Shown: positions 7,133-16,605, counted from the stretch's first letter. The stretch: DNA of 21,689 nucleotides from Pseudobdellovibrionaceae bacterium (GCA_041288045.1 JBGGMM010000060.1:1-21689); one strand, 5' to 3'. The notes: a model not told the origin generated them from the sequence alone. Translations and numbers: made by a program.

Positions 7133-8227
7133 TTATCGCGAAACAAACGGAGTTTTGCAAACCTTTGCTTTGACTTTTCGTCCACGAATGTCGACTGAAA
7201 ACTCTGTCCCCTCTGCGACATAGGGCGTCGCAAGGTAGCCAATGCCAATCGGTGCATCCAAACTAGGCGAATGCGTTCCACTGGTCACCACGCCAATCTC
7301 TTTTCCGTCCAAAGAGTGAAGAGTGTAACCCTGGCGAGGAATGCCTTTTTCTAGCATTTGAAATCCCACCAAAGAGCGCTTCAATCCCTGATCTTTCGCG
7401 CCCACAATCTGAGCTTTCGACATGAAATCTTTTTTCGCCGGCTTGATCACCCAACCGAGCCCTGCTTCATAGGGATTCGTTGTGTCATCTATCTCGTGAC
7501 CGTAAAGGCTGTATTTCATTTCTGTGCGAAGCGTGTCTCTTGCTCCTAAGCCAATGGGCTGAACCCCAGAGGCCTGGCCTTCTTGCAAAAGAGTGTTCCA
7601 AAGATGAGCCGTCGCTGGAGCTTCAATGAAAATCTCGGCTCCCTTTTCGCCAGTGTAACCCGTGGTTGCAACAATGGCGGAAGCTCCCACGAAAGTTGTG
7701 CGCAGGAAAGTGAAGGGTTTCATCTCGCTGATTTTGGTTTTGAAAGTCTGATCTAAGAGTGCCAAAGCTTTTGGTCCTTGCACAGCGATCTGCCCCCATG
7801 ATGCAGACTCGTCACTGATATCCGCCCCTTTGTTGTGCTTCTGCATCCAAGCAAAGTCTTTGTCTTTGTTTGAGGCATTCACGCAGACCAAATAATCCGC
7901 ATCGCGCTCGAGGCAGTAAATGATGATGTCATCAACCAGTCCACCTTGGTCATTGGGCAACAACGAGTACTGAGCTTCGCCGTTTTGCAATTTCGAAACA
8001 TCATTGGTGGTCAGCCATTCCAGAGTCGAAAGTGCTTTCGGTCCTTTGACTCGAATCTCTCCCATATGAGAGACATCAAACAATCCCACATTGGTACGAA
8101 CGCAAGTGTGTTCCTCGCGCAGGCCCTTGTATTGTATCGGCATGAGCCATCCTGCGAAGTCCACCATCTTTGCCCCCAGCTTCACATGTTCATCAGCCAG
8201 CGGGGTCTTCATTAAAATTTCAGCCAT
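7133..8227 (-). CDS. gcvT: Glycine cleavage system aminomethyltransferase T
   Basis: MVDFAGWLMPIQY, GLFDVSHMGE, TGYTGEKG, GLGARDTLRTE, GVVTSGT. Confidence 0.97.
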   Translation of the reverse strand: MAEILMKTPLADEHVKLGAKMVDFAGWLMPIQYKGLREEHTCVRTNVGLFDVSHMGEIRVKGPKALSTLEWLTTNDVSKLQNGEAQYSLLPNDQGGLVDDIIIYCLERDADYLVCVNASNKDKDFAWMQKHNKGADISDESASWGQIAVQGPKALALLDQTFKTKISEMKPFTFLRTTFVGASAIVATTGYTGEKGAEIFIEAPATAHLWNTLLQEGQASGVQPIGLGARDTLRTEMKYSLYGHEIDDTTNPYEAGLGWVIKPAKKDFMSKAQIVGAKDQGLKRSLVGFQMLEKGIPRQGYTLHSLDGKEIGVVTSGTHSPSLDAPIGIGYLATPYVAEGTEFSVDIRGRKVKAKVCKTPFVSR

Positions 8228-8434
8228 GTTTTCACCTCAGAAGGGCCTAAATTCCACGCCAGCCAAAGAAATGTCAAATCCGTTTGATCCACAATGAGCC
8301 ATATCATCCTCAGCTCAAAAATAGGCCCGTCAAAGGGATAGGCGAAATTTAATCTTTCTACAGTTTATCTCGATAAGAAGGGCAAGGGAGCTGTTTAAAG
8401 CCCTGGTCCGCAACTTGTAATAAAGGAGTCATGT

Positions 8435-9370
8435 ATGAACTGGGGGTTCAAAATGTCTAAGAATCAGTGTCTTGCATTGATTGCCTTGTCAGCCATTACT
8501 CTTTCTTTTGGCTACCAGAACTGCTCCAAAGTGGGAGTTCAGGATTTAGCAGCGACTGCCAATCAGAAGATTGATGGTCAGGGTGTACAAGTCATTCCTC
8601 CAGATGAAATCAGTGGAGCCGAAATTAGCGGCGGATCTTCAGACGGTGGCGGAAGCTCCACAGCTGGCACAATGGACGGTGGCTCAAGCACTGGTGGGGA
8701 AATGACCGGCGGAACCTCAACGGCGGGAACAATGGACGGTGGTTCAAGCACCGGCGGTGAAATGACTGGCGGAACCTCAACGGCGGGAACAATGGACGGT
8801 GGTTCAAGCACTGGTGGCGAAATGACCGGCGGAACTTCAACTGCAGGAACAATGGATGGTGGTTCAAGCACTGGTGGGGAAATGACTGGTGGAGCCTCCA
8901 TCGCTGGAGACATGAACGGTGGCGCCAGCAATGGTGGAAGCAACACGGGCAGTGAAACTCCGCAACAACCGACTCCTCCAGAGTCTGAATTGGTTGCTGA
9001 GTGCTTGAAGCAGCCGACAATCAAGCTCAATAGCAAAAAGAACGTCAGTGCTGATAGCATTGTTGGTCTCAAAGGTGGTGGAGTGGTTCAAGCCAACTCT
9101 GTCCCATTGGTTGATAAATCCACTGGTAAACTCGTGATCGTCGGTACTGGTGAAAATCCAAGCCTCGCTCGAGTTGAAAGCCACAATGGATCTTTGATCA
9201 TCTGTAATATGACTGTTGATCATTTAGGAAAAGAAACTGGAAACCTCGTGCTTGTGAATTCACATGTGAAGTACTTGGCTCCAGAGCGTCGATCTACGAC
9301 TCACTTCTTGAACTCGACAATCGACAACGCCGATCAGGTTCGCGGCAATATTCACGAACTCAAGCATTAA
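8435..9370 (+). CDS. Putative lipoprotein with a Gly/Ser/Thr tandem-repeat linker and a beta-rich C-terminal domain
   Basis: 311 aa; AGGAG at 8424-8428; hydrophobic signal ending LSFGYQNC (Cys30); (GGSSTGGEMTGGTSTAGTMD)n repeats. Alternative start at 8453. Confidence 0.8.
   Translation: MNWGFKMSKNQCLALIALSAITLSFGYQNCSKVGVQDLAATANQKIDGQGVQVIPPDEISGAEISGGSSDGGGSSTAGTMDGGSSTGGEMTGGTSTAGTMDGGSSTGGEMTGGTSTAGTMDGGSSTGGEMTGGTSTAGTMDGGSSTGGEMTGGASIAGDMNGGASNGGSNTGSETPQQPTPPESELVAECLKQPTIKLNSKKNVSADSIVGLKGGGVVQANSVPLVDKSTGKLVIVGTGENPSLARVESHNGSLIICNMTVDHLGKETGNLVLVNSHVKYLAPERRSTTHFLNSTIDNADQVRGNIHELKH
8645..8937 (+). repeat. Coding tandem repeat, about 5 x 60 bp (built from 30-bp half-units)
   Basis: Consecutive 60-nt lines 8641-8940 are near-identical, e.g. 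aatgacYggcggaacYtcaacNgcRggaacaatggaYggtggttcaagcacYggYggNga. Confidence 0.95.
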
Positions 9371-9413
9371 TCGAATTTGACAAGTCTGTTTTCCATGGGT
9401 CACATTGAGACCC

Positions 9414-10961
9414 ATGGAAAATTCAGTTTCTCGCCCTTTCAACAGCCAAAAATTTCTTTGGATTTTTATCGGCATTCTCTTCCTGCGCGCTGTTTTCGCG
9501 CTGTCTGTTGGCTACGTCGATGACGATGCCTATCACTGGAGCTGGACTCAGCAAATGGATTGGTCTTACTTTGACCATCCGGGGATGATCGCTTGGCTCG
9601 AGTGGATTTCCACTTCGATCTTTGGTCACAATCGCCTGGGGATTCGCCTTCCTTCTTTCATTTGTTTTTCTCTCGTTGTGTTTCTTTCTTGGAAATTGGT
9701 GCGCGATCTTTTTGACGAATGGGCCGCGACTTTTACTGCAGGTTTGATTCTCTTTGTGCCGCTTTGGGGTTTTGGTGGTCACGTCTCTTCACCAGAGCCG
9801 CCTTTTATCCTGCTCTGGGTTCTCGCCGTTATGGTGTTTTGGAATGGAGTTCGCGAAGACGCCAAAAGATGGAGCGTGAAAAAGACTTGGTTGTGGCTGG
9901 GTGTGATCATGGGCTTGGGTTTTAACACCAAATTCCCGATGATTTTGATTGCGCCAGGCTTTGGGCTTTACATGCTGCTCACTCCGTCACGTCGAAAGGA
10001 TTTGCTTTCGCCTTGGCCTTGGATCGGAGTCCTCATTGCAACTGCCATGCTGGCGCCAGTGATTTACTGGAATCTCAAGTACGATTGGCCCAGTTTTAAA
10101 TATCAATTCAGCGAGCGGCATAAGGGCGAAGAATTTAGTGTTCGACGTTGGCTGGGATACTTCGGAATGCAAATCGGCCTTCTGAGTCCCGGAGTTTATT
10201 TTTTCATCGTGACAACTTTGGTCGCCTGTTTTCAAAAATTCAAGGACCCGCGCTGGCGACTCTTGACCTGTCTCTGTTTTCCAACTCTTTGCGTTTTCTA
10301 CCCACAACCCCTCTGGGCTGATTTCAAACCCCATTGGGTGGGTCCTGCCTATCTCATTCTCTCATTTGGCATGGGGGGGCTGTGGTCACAAGGCTGGCAA
10401 TGGGGAAAGCGGCAGTTGATCCAACCCCACAGCCGCAAAATGCTCTGGTCTTGTCTGGCTTTTCTAATTCCGATGAATGTGATTTTGATTTACGGACCTG
10501 TGGTCTATCCCTGGGTTCCAAAAGTGGTTCGAGCTGTGGCGCCTGATGCCAAGTGGGACTTAAAGAATGATCCCAGCAATGAGCTTTTCGGTTGGCCCGA
10601 AGTGGGCGAAGCGCTTCTGAAGTGGCAATCCGAAATCGAAGCTCAGACGGGAAAGCGGCCTTTTATGGCCGGTCACCGCTACGAAATGACAGCTCAAATC
10701 TGGAAAGCCACAATGCAAAGAACCTACATGTTGAGCACCACTTGGAGTCATTACACTTTCAAAACCACTCCTGAAGAAATCCAATCCCTTCTCGGCCAGG
10801 ATGCTCTGATGGTCGGAAATGATAAATACAGTTTTGATCCGCTGGAATTTGCTCTCTTTGACTCTTGTGAGAAACGCGAGTATCCCTACCACCGCGCCGA
10901 TGAGCTCGCTCGAGTGTTCACTCTCTATTGGTGCAAAAACTTTCAAGGCATCAAACAATAA
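9414..10961 (+). CDS. Glycosyltransferase family 39 (ArnT/PMT-like, GT-C fold) integral membrane protein
   Basis: DDDAYHWSW..MDWSYFDHPGMIAWL, GIRLP, SPEPP, GLGFNTKF, PVIYWN; many TM helices. ATG 9414 preferred over TTG 9405, but the start is uncertain. Confidence 0.88.
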   Translation: MENSVSRPFNSQKFLWIFIGILFLRAVFALSVGYVDDDAYHWSWTQQMDWSYFDHPGMIAWLEWISTSIFGHNRLGIRLPSFICFSLVVFLSWKLVRDLFDEWAATFTAGLILFVPLWGFGGHVSSPEPPFILLWVLAVMVFWNGVREDAKRWSVKKTWLWLGVIMGLGFNTKFPMILIAPGFGLYMLLTPSRRKDLLSPWPWIGVLIATAMLAPVIYWNLKYDWPSFKYQFSERHKGEEFSVRRWLGYFGMQIGLLSPGVYFFIVTTLVACFQKFKDPRWRLLTCLCFPTLCVFYPQPLWADFKPHWVGPAYLILSFGMGGLWSQGWQWGKRQLIQPHSRKMLWSCLAFLIPMNVILIYGPVVYPWVPKVVRAVAPDAKWDLKNDPSNELFGWPEVGEALLKWQSEIEAQTGKRPFMAGHRYEMTAQIWKATMQRTYMLSTTWSHYTFKTTPEEIQSLLGQDALMVGNDKYSFDPLEFALFDSCEKREYPYHRADELARVFTLYWCKNFQGIKQ

Positions 10962-10974
10962 AAGGGAGTCGAAG

Positions 10975-11322
10975 ATGAAAATTGAAACCATCAAATACAT
11001 GATCATGGCCCAAGACATGAACCGCGCCGTTCAGTTCTACACAAAAACAGTTGGCCTGAGTGTACGCTTCCAATCCGACATGTGGACCGAGTTGCAATGG
11101 GAAGGCAGCACCGTCGCCCTCCACGGCGGCTGGGATGGCAAAGTGAATCGCACCGGCTTGAGCTTTCAAGTCCAAGACATCCGCACAGCTTGCGAAGAAG
11201 CCAAGGCTGCTGGAGCCACAGTCCTTCGAGCTCCTGAAGAAAGAGCCGGGGAGCCAATCATTCTCGCCGATCTTCGAGATCCTGAGGGAAACGAAGTGAT
11301 GTTTTCTCAGTACAAAGGGTGA
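10975..11322 (+). CDS. VOC/glyoxalase-bleomycin resistance family protein
   Basis: Start MKIETIKYMIMAQDMNRAVQFY at 10975 with GGGAG SD; LSFQVQDI, DPEGNEV; 115 aa. Confidence 0.9.
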   Translation: MKIETIKYMIMAQDMNRAVQFYTKTVGLSVRFQSDMWTELQWEGSTVALHGGWDGKVNRTGLSFQVQDIRTACEEAKAAGATVLRAPEERAGEPIILADLRDPEGNEVMFSQYKG

Positions 11323-11381
11323 TTTCGTGACTGTGAATGCCGCAGCGTTTTCTGAACACCGCGATTGATAGTTTAGTTCAA

Positions 11382-11427
11382 GCACTCTGATTATCGTCTG
11401 CCCATAAGCAGACGATAATCAGAGTGC
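11382..11427. repeat. Perfect 20-bp inverted repeat between convergent genes
   Basis: GCACTCTGATTATCGTCTGC-CCATAA-GCAGACGATAATCAGAGTGC. Confidence 0.9.
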
Positions 11428-11507
11428 AGAGTTGCTTCATAAAATAAATAGAAATTTAAACAACCTGCACGTTTACCATCGTCACCGCTGAGCTCGAAAT
11501 CATTTGT

Positions 11508-12509
11508 TCAAGATAAAACCCGGACTTCATTCGCACGCTCTTCAAAACTCTCTGGCACATCGACCAAAACACCTCGAGGCACATCAGGCACAGGGCCATT
11601 TCGATGCATCCATGTCAGGAATTGGCGTTTGGAATTTCGGCACAGGAGCTGTCTTGTTTTCCCTTTTTCCTCGAGCTGATCCCCCACCATTCTCCATTTG
11701 CCAAGCATGGGCGAAGGTTTTTTGGAAGCGAGTAAGTAAGTGAAGGTCAGAGTGGAATTCTTCATAGGCAGATGCTTTTCAATATCTAAAAACCAATCGG
11801 GCATTTTCAAATGAATGCGATCATGGCACCAATCTGTCTTGGAATCTTCAAGCAGTGGACAGCCTTCTTGGTGCGGGCATGGTGCCCACATGGAGAAACC
11901 ATGAGCGAGCAGGTCTTTTCTTTTTTCCAGAAGTTTCCGGCCGTCCTCTCGGGTAGAAGGTTCAATCCAGATTAAGGATTCAGATTCCTTGACCCAGTCG
12001 GGGACTTTGGACAGTTCCGTCAGCGAATACGAGAAAAGCGCCGTTCTGTTTTTTTGTTGGCGGATTTCTCTTTCGGAAATCCAATGAAATCGCTGTGGAA
12101 AATTTCGTGATTGCAGGATTTTTTGATGCAGCTTTTGCGCTTCGGCAGATCTTTCGACAAAAACAAAAGGTCCCTGAAAGCCAGCGAGCCAAGGCAGAGA
12201 GCCTGCTCCCAAACCTGAGCCAAAATCCAAAAGTTCACCTTCGCCCAAAGGAAAATTTCTCGCTTGTGCTTCTTGCAAGACAGATTGTGATCGCAAAAAA
12301 TTCAGCGGCAGATAATAGGCGACTTGAGCGATCTGGCACCAAGTTTCTTTCCAAGGTGTCGCATCCTCGGGATGAGCGAGATAAAAATCGCTCATTTTTA
12401 AAATGGCTTCGGCAATTCGCTTTGAATCTTGAACTCCGAGATTCCAATTTTTGAGTGTCATCGAAATCGCCGATTCAAGCCAATCTGGCAAAGAGAATTC
12501 CCGCTTCAT
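11508..12509 (-). CDS. Rsm22/METTL17-like SAM-dependent methyltransferase
   Basis: AYYLP.N, LLDFGSGLG (SAM motif), FSYSLTEL, IEPST, APCPHQEGCP...WCH, FTYL. ATGA overlap with the upstream GT9 gene. Confidence 0.85.
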   Translation of the reverse strand: MKREFSLPDWLESAISMTLKNWNLGVQDSKRIAEAILKMSDFYLAHPEDATPWKETWCQIAQVAYYLPLNFLRSQSVLQEAQARNFPLGEGELLDFGSGLGAGSLPWLAGFQGPFVFVERSAEAQKLHQKILQSRNFPQRFHWISEREIRQQKNRTALFSYSLTELSKVPDWVKESESLIWIEPSTREDGRKLLEKRKDLLAHGFSMWAPCPHQEGCPLLEDSKTDWCHDRIHLKMPDWFLDIEKHLPMKNSTLTFTYLLASKKPSPMLGKWRMVGDQLEEKGKTRQLLCRNSKRQFLTWMHRNGPVPDVPRGVLVDVPESFEERANEVRVLS

Positions 12510-13504
12510 AGGCCCAAGTGCTTGATGACGTCGTTAACAGTGATTTGTTCCATGCATAGAAAGTGTGGGCAGCGCTCACCCCAGCACTTTTCACCGGCCG
12601 GGCAGTCGACTTTTGGTGTGAGAGCCACCGCTTTCTCGCCGCGAATGCCCCAGCGGGTCGCTTTGTGGACTCGAATCGGAGAATAAATCCCAACCACGGG
12701 TGTGCCCACGGCGGCTGCCAAGTGCGCGACACCTGTGCTGGGTGCCACCACACCTCTTGCAGTTTTAAGTAGGCTCAGCAAGTCATCCATCGAGAGCTGA
12801 TTCTGCAGCCATCGCACTTGAGGATGATTTTCCCACTGCGGTCTGATTTCTGTGAGGTAAGGATCATCGCTGGGAGTACCAGTAATCACCACAGGGCCGG
12901 CATTGATCAGCTTTTCAATCAGAATATTGTAATGAGCCTGCGGCCAATTCAGTGCGCTGCCTGCCATTCCGGGATGGACAATAAAATATTCGCCGGATTT
13001 CAGAGCGTATTTTTCAAACAGCTGCCTTTTGATGGGCGGATCCAATTTCAAAAATGGCGTTGAGCCCGCAGGCTGATCAAAAGCAAATTCCACCAGTTCG
13101 CGATTGTAATCCGCTTCATGCTTTTCAGCGAGGGATCGCGATTGGCGAAGCGCTCTGTTGTAAAAAACAAAAGAGTGCCACTGAGATTTTCGTGTCACTC
13201 GCAAAGGCACACCAGCCAGCATGCAAGCAGCACCCACCCACCAAGGTGCGTAGAAAACGACGACCGCATCTGGCTTTTCAGCTTTCAGATAGTGAGTGAG
13301 CTCCTGCCTCGATTTTTTCGGATCTTGCAAATCCAATTCGATGAATTGGCGTTTGGGTTCAGCGAGCTGAGCAATCGAGCCCAGGCCTTTGGCAATCACC
13401 CACTGGGTTTGAATCCCTTTTTCCTTCAGCCAGGGGAGCTGGTCCACTGGCAAAGTGGCAATCAGATCCCCGATCTTATCAAGCCGAAGGAAAATGACTT
13501 TCAT
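12506..13504 (-). CDS. Glycosyltransferase family 9 (ADP-heptose:LPS heptosyltransferase-like)
   Basis: RLDKIGDLI, HEADYN, VHPG..GSALNW, STGVAHLAAAVGTPVVGIY, C-terminal Cys motif. Confidence 0.92.
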   Translation of the reverse strand: MKVIFLRLDKIGDLIATLPVDQLPWLKEKGIQTQWVIAKGLGSIAQLAEPKRQFIELDLQDPKKSRQELTHYLKAEKPDAVVVFYAPWWVGAACMLAGVPLRVTRKSQWHSFVFYNRALRQSRSLAEKHEADYNRELVEFAFDQPAGSTPFLKLDPPIKRQLFEKYALKSGEYFIVHPGMAGSALNWPQAHYNILIEKLINAGPVVITGTPSDDPYLTEIRPQWENHPQVRWLQNQLSMDDLLSLLKTARGVVAPSTGVAHLAAAVGTPVVGIYSPIRVHKATRWGIRGEKAVALTPKVDCPAGEKCWGERCPHFLCMEQITVNDVIKHLGL

Positions 13505-13507
13505 GAT

Positions 13508-16375
13508 TTACTGATACTCCTCAAGCGGCGGGCAAGAGCACATGACGTTGCGATCGCCATAGGCGTTGTCCACGCGGCCCACCGCCGGCCACAGCTTGTG
13601 TGTGCGCACCCAAGCCAGGGGATAAGCCGCCTCTTCGCGAGTGTAGGGATGATTCCATTCGGTCGCAGTCACAGTGTGAACCGTGTGAGGAGCATGCTTC
13701 AGTGGATTGTTTTCAGCATCGACTTTCTTGTCTTCGACTTTTTTGATTTCTTTGCGAATTTGAATCATGGTTTCAATGAAGCGATCGACTTCCGTTTTGG
13801 ATTCAGATTCAGTCGGCTCGATCATCAAAGTGCCAGCCACAGGAAAGCTCATGGTCGGCGCATGAAAACCATAATCCATCAATCGCTTCGCCACATCGGT
13901 CACATCAATGTCAGAAGATTTCTTGATTGGACGAAGATCAATGATGCACTCATGGGCGACCAAGCCCTCTTTGCCTTTGTAGAGAACAGGGTAGTGGGGA
14001 TGCAATTTCTTAGCGATGTAATTGGCGCTCAAAATTGCCACCAGCGTCGCCTTGCGAAGACCTTCAGCCCCCATCATGGTGATGTAAGACCAAGAGATCG
14101 GCAAAATGCTCGCCGAGCCCCAAGGAGCTGACGACACAGCTGTAATCCCCTTGGCAGGACCCGCTTCCGGAGTCGTTCCATGAGTGGGGATGAATTCTTT
14201 CAAATGAGCTGCCACCCCGATCGGACCAACACCAGGACCGCCGCCCCCGTGAGGGATCGAGAAAGTCTTGTGCAAATTCATGTGGGAAACATCGGGACCA
14301 AATTCACCGGGTCGGCAAATTCCAACGAGAGCGTTCAAATTGGCTCCGTCCATGTAAACCTGTCCGCCGTTGTCGTGAATGATTTTGCAAATCTCAACAA
14401 TCCCTTCTTCAAACACACCGTGAGTGGAAGGATAAGTGATCATCAAAGCCGCCAAATTCGCCTTGTGCTGCTCAGCTTTGGCTTTTAAATCTTTCAAATC
14501 CACATTGCCCTGATCATCACAGGCCACAACCACCACAGTCATCCCAACCATCACAGCCGAAGCCGGATTGGTGCCGTGAGCGCTGGAAGGGATCAAGCAA
14601 ATGTTGCGATGAGCTTCGCCGCGGGATTGATGGTATTTGCGAATTACCAAAAGTCCTGCGTATTCACCTTGAGAGCCGGCATTGGGCTGCAATGAAACTG
14701 CGGCAAAGCCAGTGATCTCACACAGCTCTCGCTCCAGGTCCTTGATCATTTCGACCAAGCCTTGAGCTTGCGAGAGCGGCGCAAAAGGATGAAGCTTGCC
14801 AATCTCTGGCCAAGATACAGGCACCAGCTCTGTGGTCGCATTGAGCTTCATCGTGCAAGACCCCAGCGGAATCATCGAGTGAGTCAAAGTCACATCTTTG
14901 TTTTGAAGCGCATGAATATACCTCAAAAGCTCAGTTTCTGAATGATGAGTGTTAAACACTTGATGAGCCAAATAAGAGGACTTGCGAGTGACAGTCGCCG
15001 GCCAATTCAATTTTTGTTGATGAGCTAAGTCTTTCACGGAAAAAGAAAGTGTATTTCCCAGATTGAAAGCTTTCAAAACATCTTCAACATCTTTCAAGCT
15101 GGCAGTTTCATTCAAAGACACTGTGATCGTTGAATCGTTGAGCTTGCGGAAATTCATCCCAAGAGTCAAAGCCGCCTTCAAAACTTCGTCCGCTTTCGGG
15201 GTCGAAACTTTCACAGTATCAAAGAAAGGCTCTGTTGAAACTGTCAGTCCTAATTGTTTTGCCCCCTCAGCCACTGTCTTTGCCAGCAAGTGAATGCGAG
15301 TCGCAATTTTTTTCAGTCCTTGAGGGCCGTGATAAACCGCGTACATTGAAGCCATGTTGGCCAAAAGGACCTGAGCCGTGCAAATATTCGAAGTCGCCTT
15401 TTCGCGACGGATGTGCTGCTCGCGAGTTTGCAGAGCCAGGCGAAGAGCCCTTTTGCCTTGAGCATCCACAGACACTCCGACCAAGCGACCTGGCATCAAG
15501 CGCTTGTGCGCATCTTTGCAGGCTAAGAAAGCTGCATGTGGACCGCCAAATCCGAGCGGCACGCCAAAGCGCTGAGTGTTCCCAACCACGATATCCGCCC
15601 CCCACTCGCCAGGAGGAGTGAGCAGAGTCATTGACAGCAAATCCACATCAGCAATCAACAAGGCCCCTTTGTCGTGAACTTTTTGAGCGAAATTTGAGAA
15701 ATCATTCACTCGGCCATCGCTGTTGGGATAACTGACGATCACTGCAAACACGGGTTTTGAAAAATCAAATTTCAATGGATCCACCACCAACATTTCAATC
15801 CCAAGCGGTTCGGAGCGGGTTTTCAAAATCTCAAGCACGTGTGGATGCAAATCCTGAGAAGCCACAAAAGCATTGGCTTTGTTCTTTGAAAGACTGTGAG
15901 CCATCGCCATTGCTTCGGCCGCCGCAGTTCCTTCATCGAGAAGAGAGGCATTCGAAATTTCCATCGCCGTCAGATCACTGACCATGGTTTGAAAATTCAA
16001 AAGAGCTTCCAATCGACCTTGAGCAATTTCTGGCTGATAGGGCGTGTAGGCTGTGTACCAAACCGGATTTTCCAAAATGTTTCTTTGAATGACTGTCGGT
16101 GTGATGGTGTCGTGATAGCCCATGCCGATGTAAGAGCGAAAAATTTTATTTTTCGCCATCATGGTTTTCAATCGCTGAAGCAGTTCAAATTCAGAAACAC
16201 CCTGGCCAATTTGTGGCTGGTGTTTTGAGAAAATATTTTTTGGAATCACTTTGGAAGCCATTTCATCCAAAGTAGAAAAACCCAGCTCTTTGAGCATTTC
16301 TCGAATTTCAGTGTCGTTGGGACCAATGTGTCTTTCTTGAAATTCACCCTGAGTGGAAAAAAAGTCCTGGTTCAT
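13508..16375 (-). CDS. gcvP: Glycine dehydrogenase (decarboxylating), single-chain P protein
   Basis: 955 aa; [44 protein letters not shown] motif [14 protein letters not shown]. Confidence 0.98.
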   Translation of the reverse strand: MNQDFFSTQGEFQERHIGPNDTEIREMLKELGFSTLDEMASKVIPKNIFSKHQPQIGQGVSEFELLQRLKTMMAKNKIFRSYIGMGYHDTITPTVIQRNILENPVWYTAYTPYQPEIAQGRLEALLNFQTMVSDLTAMEISNASLLDEGTAAAEAMAMAHSLSKNKANAFVASQDLHPHVLEILKTRSEPLGIEMLVVDPLKFDFSKPVFAVIVSYPNSDGRVNDFSNFAQKVHDKGALLIADVDLLSMTLLTPPGEWGADIVVGNTQRFGVPLGFGGPHAAFLACKDAHKRLMPGRLVGVSVDAQGKRALRLALQTREQHIRREKATSNICTAQVLLANMASMYAVYHGPQGLKKIATRIHLLAKTVAEGAKQLGLTVSTEPFFDTVKVSTPKADEVLKAALTLGMNFRKLNDSTITVSLNETASLKDVEDVLKAFNLGNTLSFSVKDLAHQQKLNWPATVTRKSSYLAHQVFNTHHSETELLRYIHALQNKDVTLTHSMIPLGSCTMKLNATTELVPVSWPEIGKLHPFAPLSQAQGLVEMIKDLERELCEITGFAAVSLQPNAGSQGEYAGLLVIRKYHQSRGEAHRNICLIPSSAHGTNPASAVMVGMTVVVVACDDQGNVDLKDLKAKAEQHKANLAALMITYPSTHGVFEEGIVEICKIIHDNGGQVYMDGANLNALVGICRPGEFGPDVSHMNLHKTFSIPHGGGGPGVGPIGVAAHLKEFIPTHGTTPEAGPAKGITAVSSAPWGSASILPISWSYITMMGAEGLRKATLVAILSANYIAKKLHPHYPVLYKGKEGLVAHECIIDLRPIKKSSDIDVTDVAKRLMDYGFHAPTMSFPVAGTLMIEPTESESKTEVDRFIETMIQIRKEIKKVEDKKVDAENNPLKHAPHTVHTVTATEWNHPYTREEAAYPLAWVRTHKLWPAVGRVDNAYGDRNVMCSCPPLEEYQ

Positions 16376-16537
16376 GAGTCCTGCTCCTTCAGCCGTCCTT
16401 CAGCCCACCGGCTGGCAAAATATTTTTGCTTCCGAGGTCGATCAAGGACATCCAGTTTTTTGAATGCAGAGAAGCTATCACACCCCGAGATTTCAGAGTA
16501 GGAAAGACCTTGAGGCTCTGCCGCTAACGCGGTCAGC

Positions 16538-16575
16538 AAAAAAAGAAAAACCCCTCAGATTTTCGGAGGGGTTTT
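16538..16575 (-). terminator. Intrinsic terminator after the Lys-rich protein gene
   Basis: Minus strand AAAACCCCTC-N9-GAGGGGTTTT followed by TCTTTTTTT. Confidence 0.75.
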
Positions 16576-16605
16576 GAGGTGGTTTTTGTGTAACTCTGCA
16601 GAAAC

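Noticed and set aside
8578..9072. Pro-rich antisense ORF, and a possible CRISPR reading of the 60-bp repeats
   Set aside because: The ORF is the shadow of the Gly-rich repeat. The repeats are contiguous and in frame, with no unique spacers and no cas genes.
13118..14131. 337-aa plus-strand ORF and other long antisense ORFs
   Set aside because: They lie opposite well-conserved genes (gcvP, GT9, tldD) and have no recognisable motifs.
16376..16540. Glycine riboswitch upstream of gcvP (GCTGAAGGAGCA resembles part of the aptamer)
   Set aside because: The GGAGA and CTCTCAGG elements are missing and the match overlaps the SD; nothing similar is seen upstream of gcvT.
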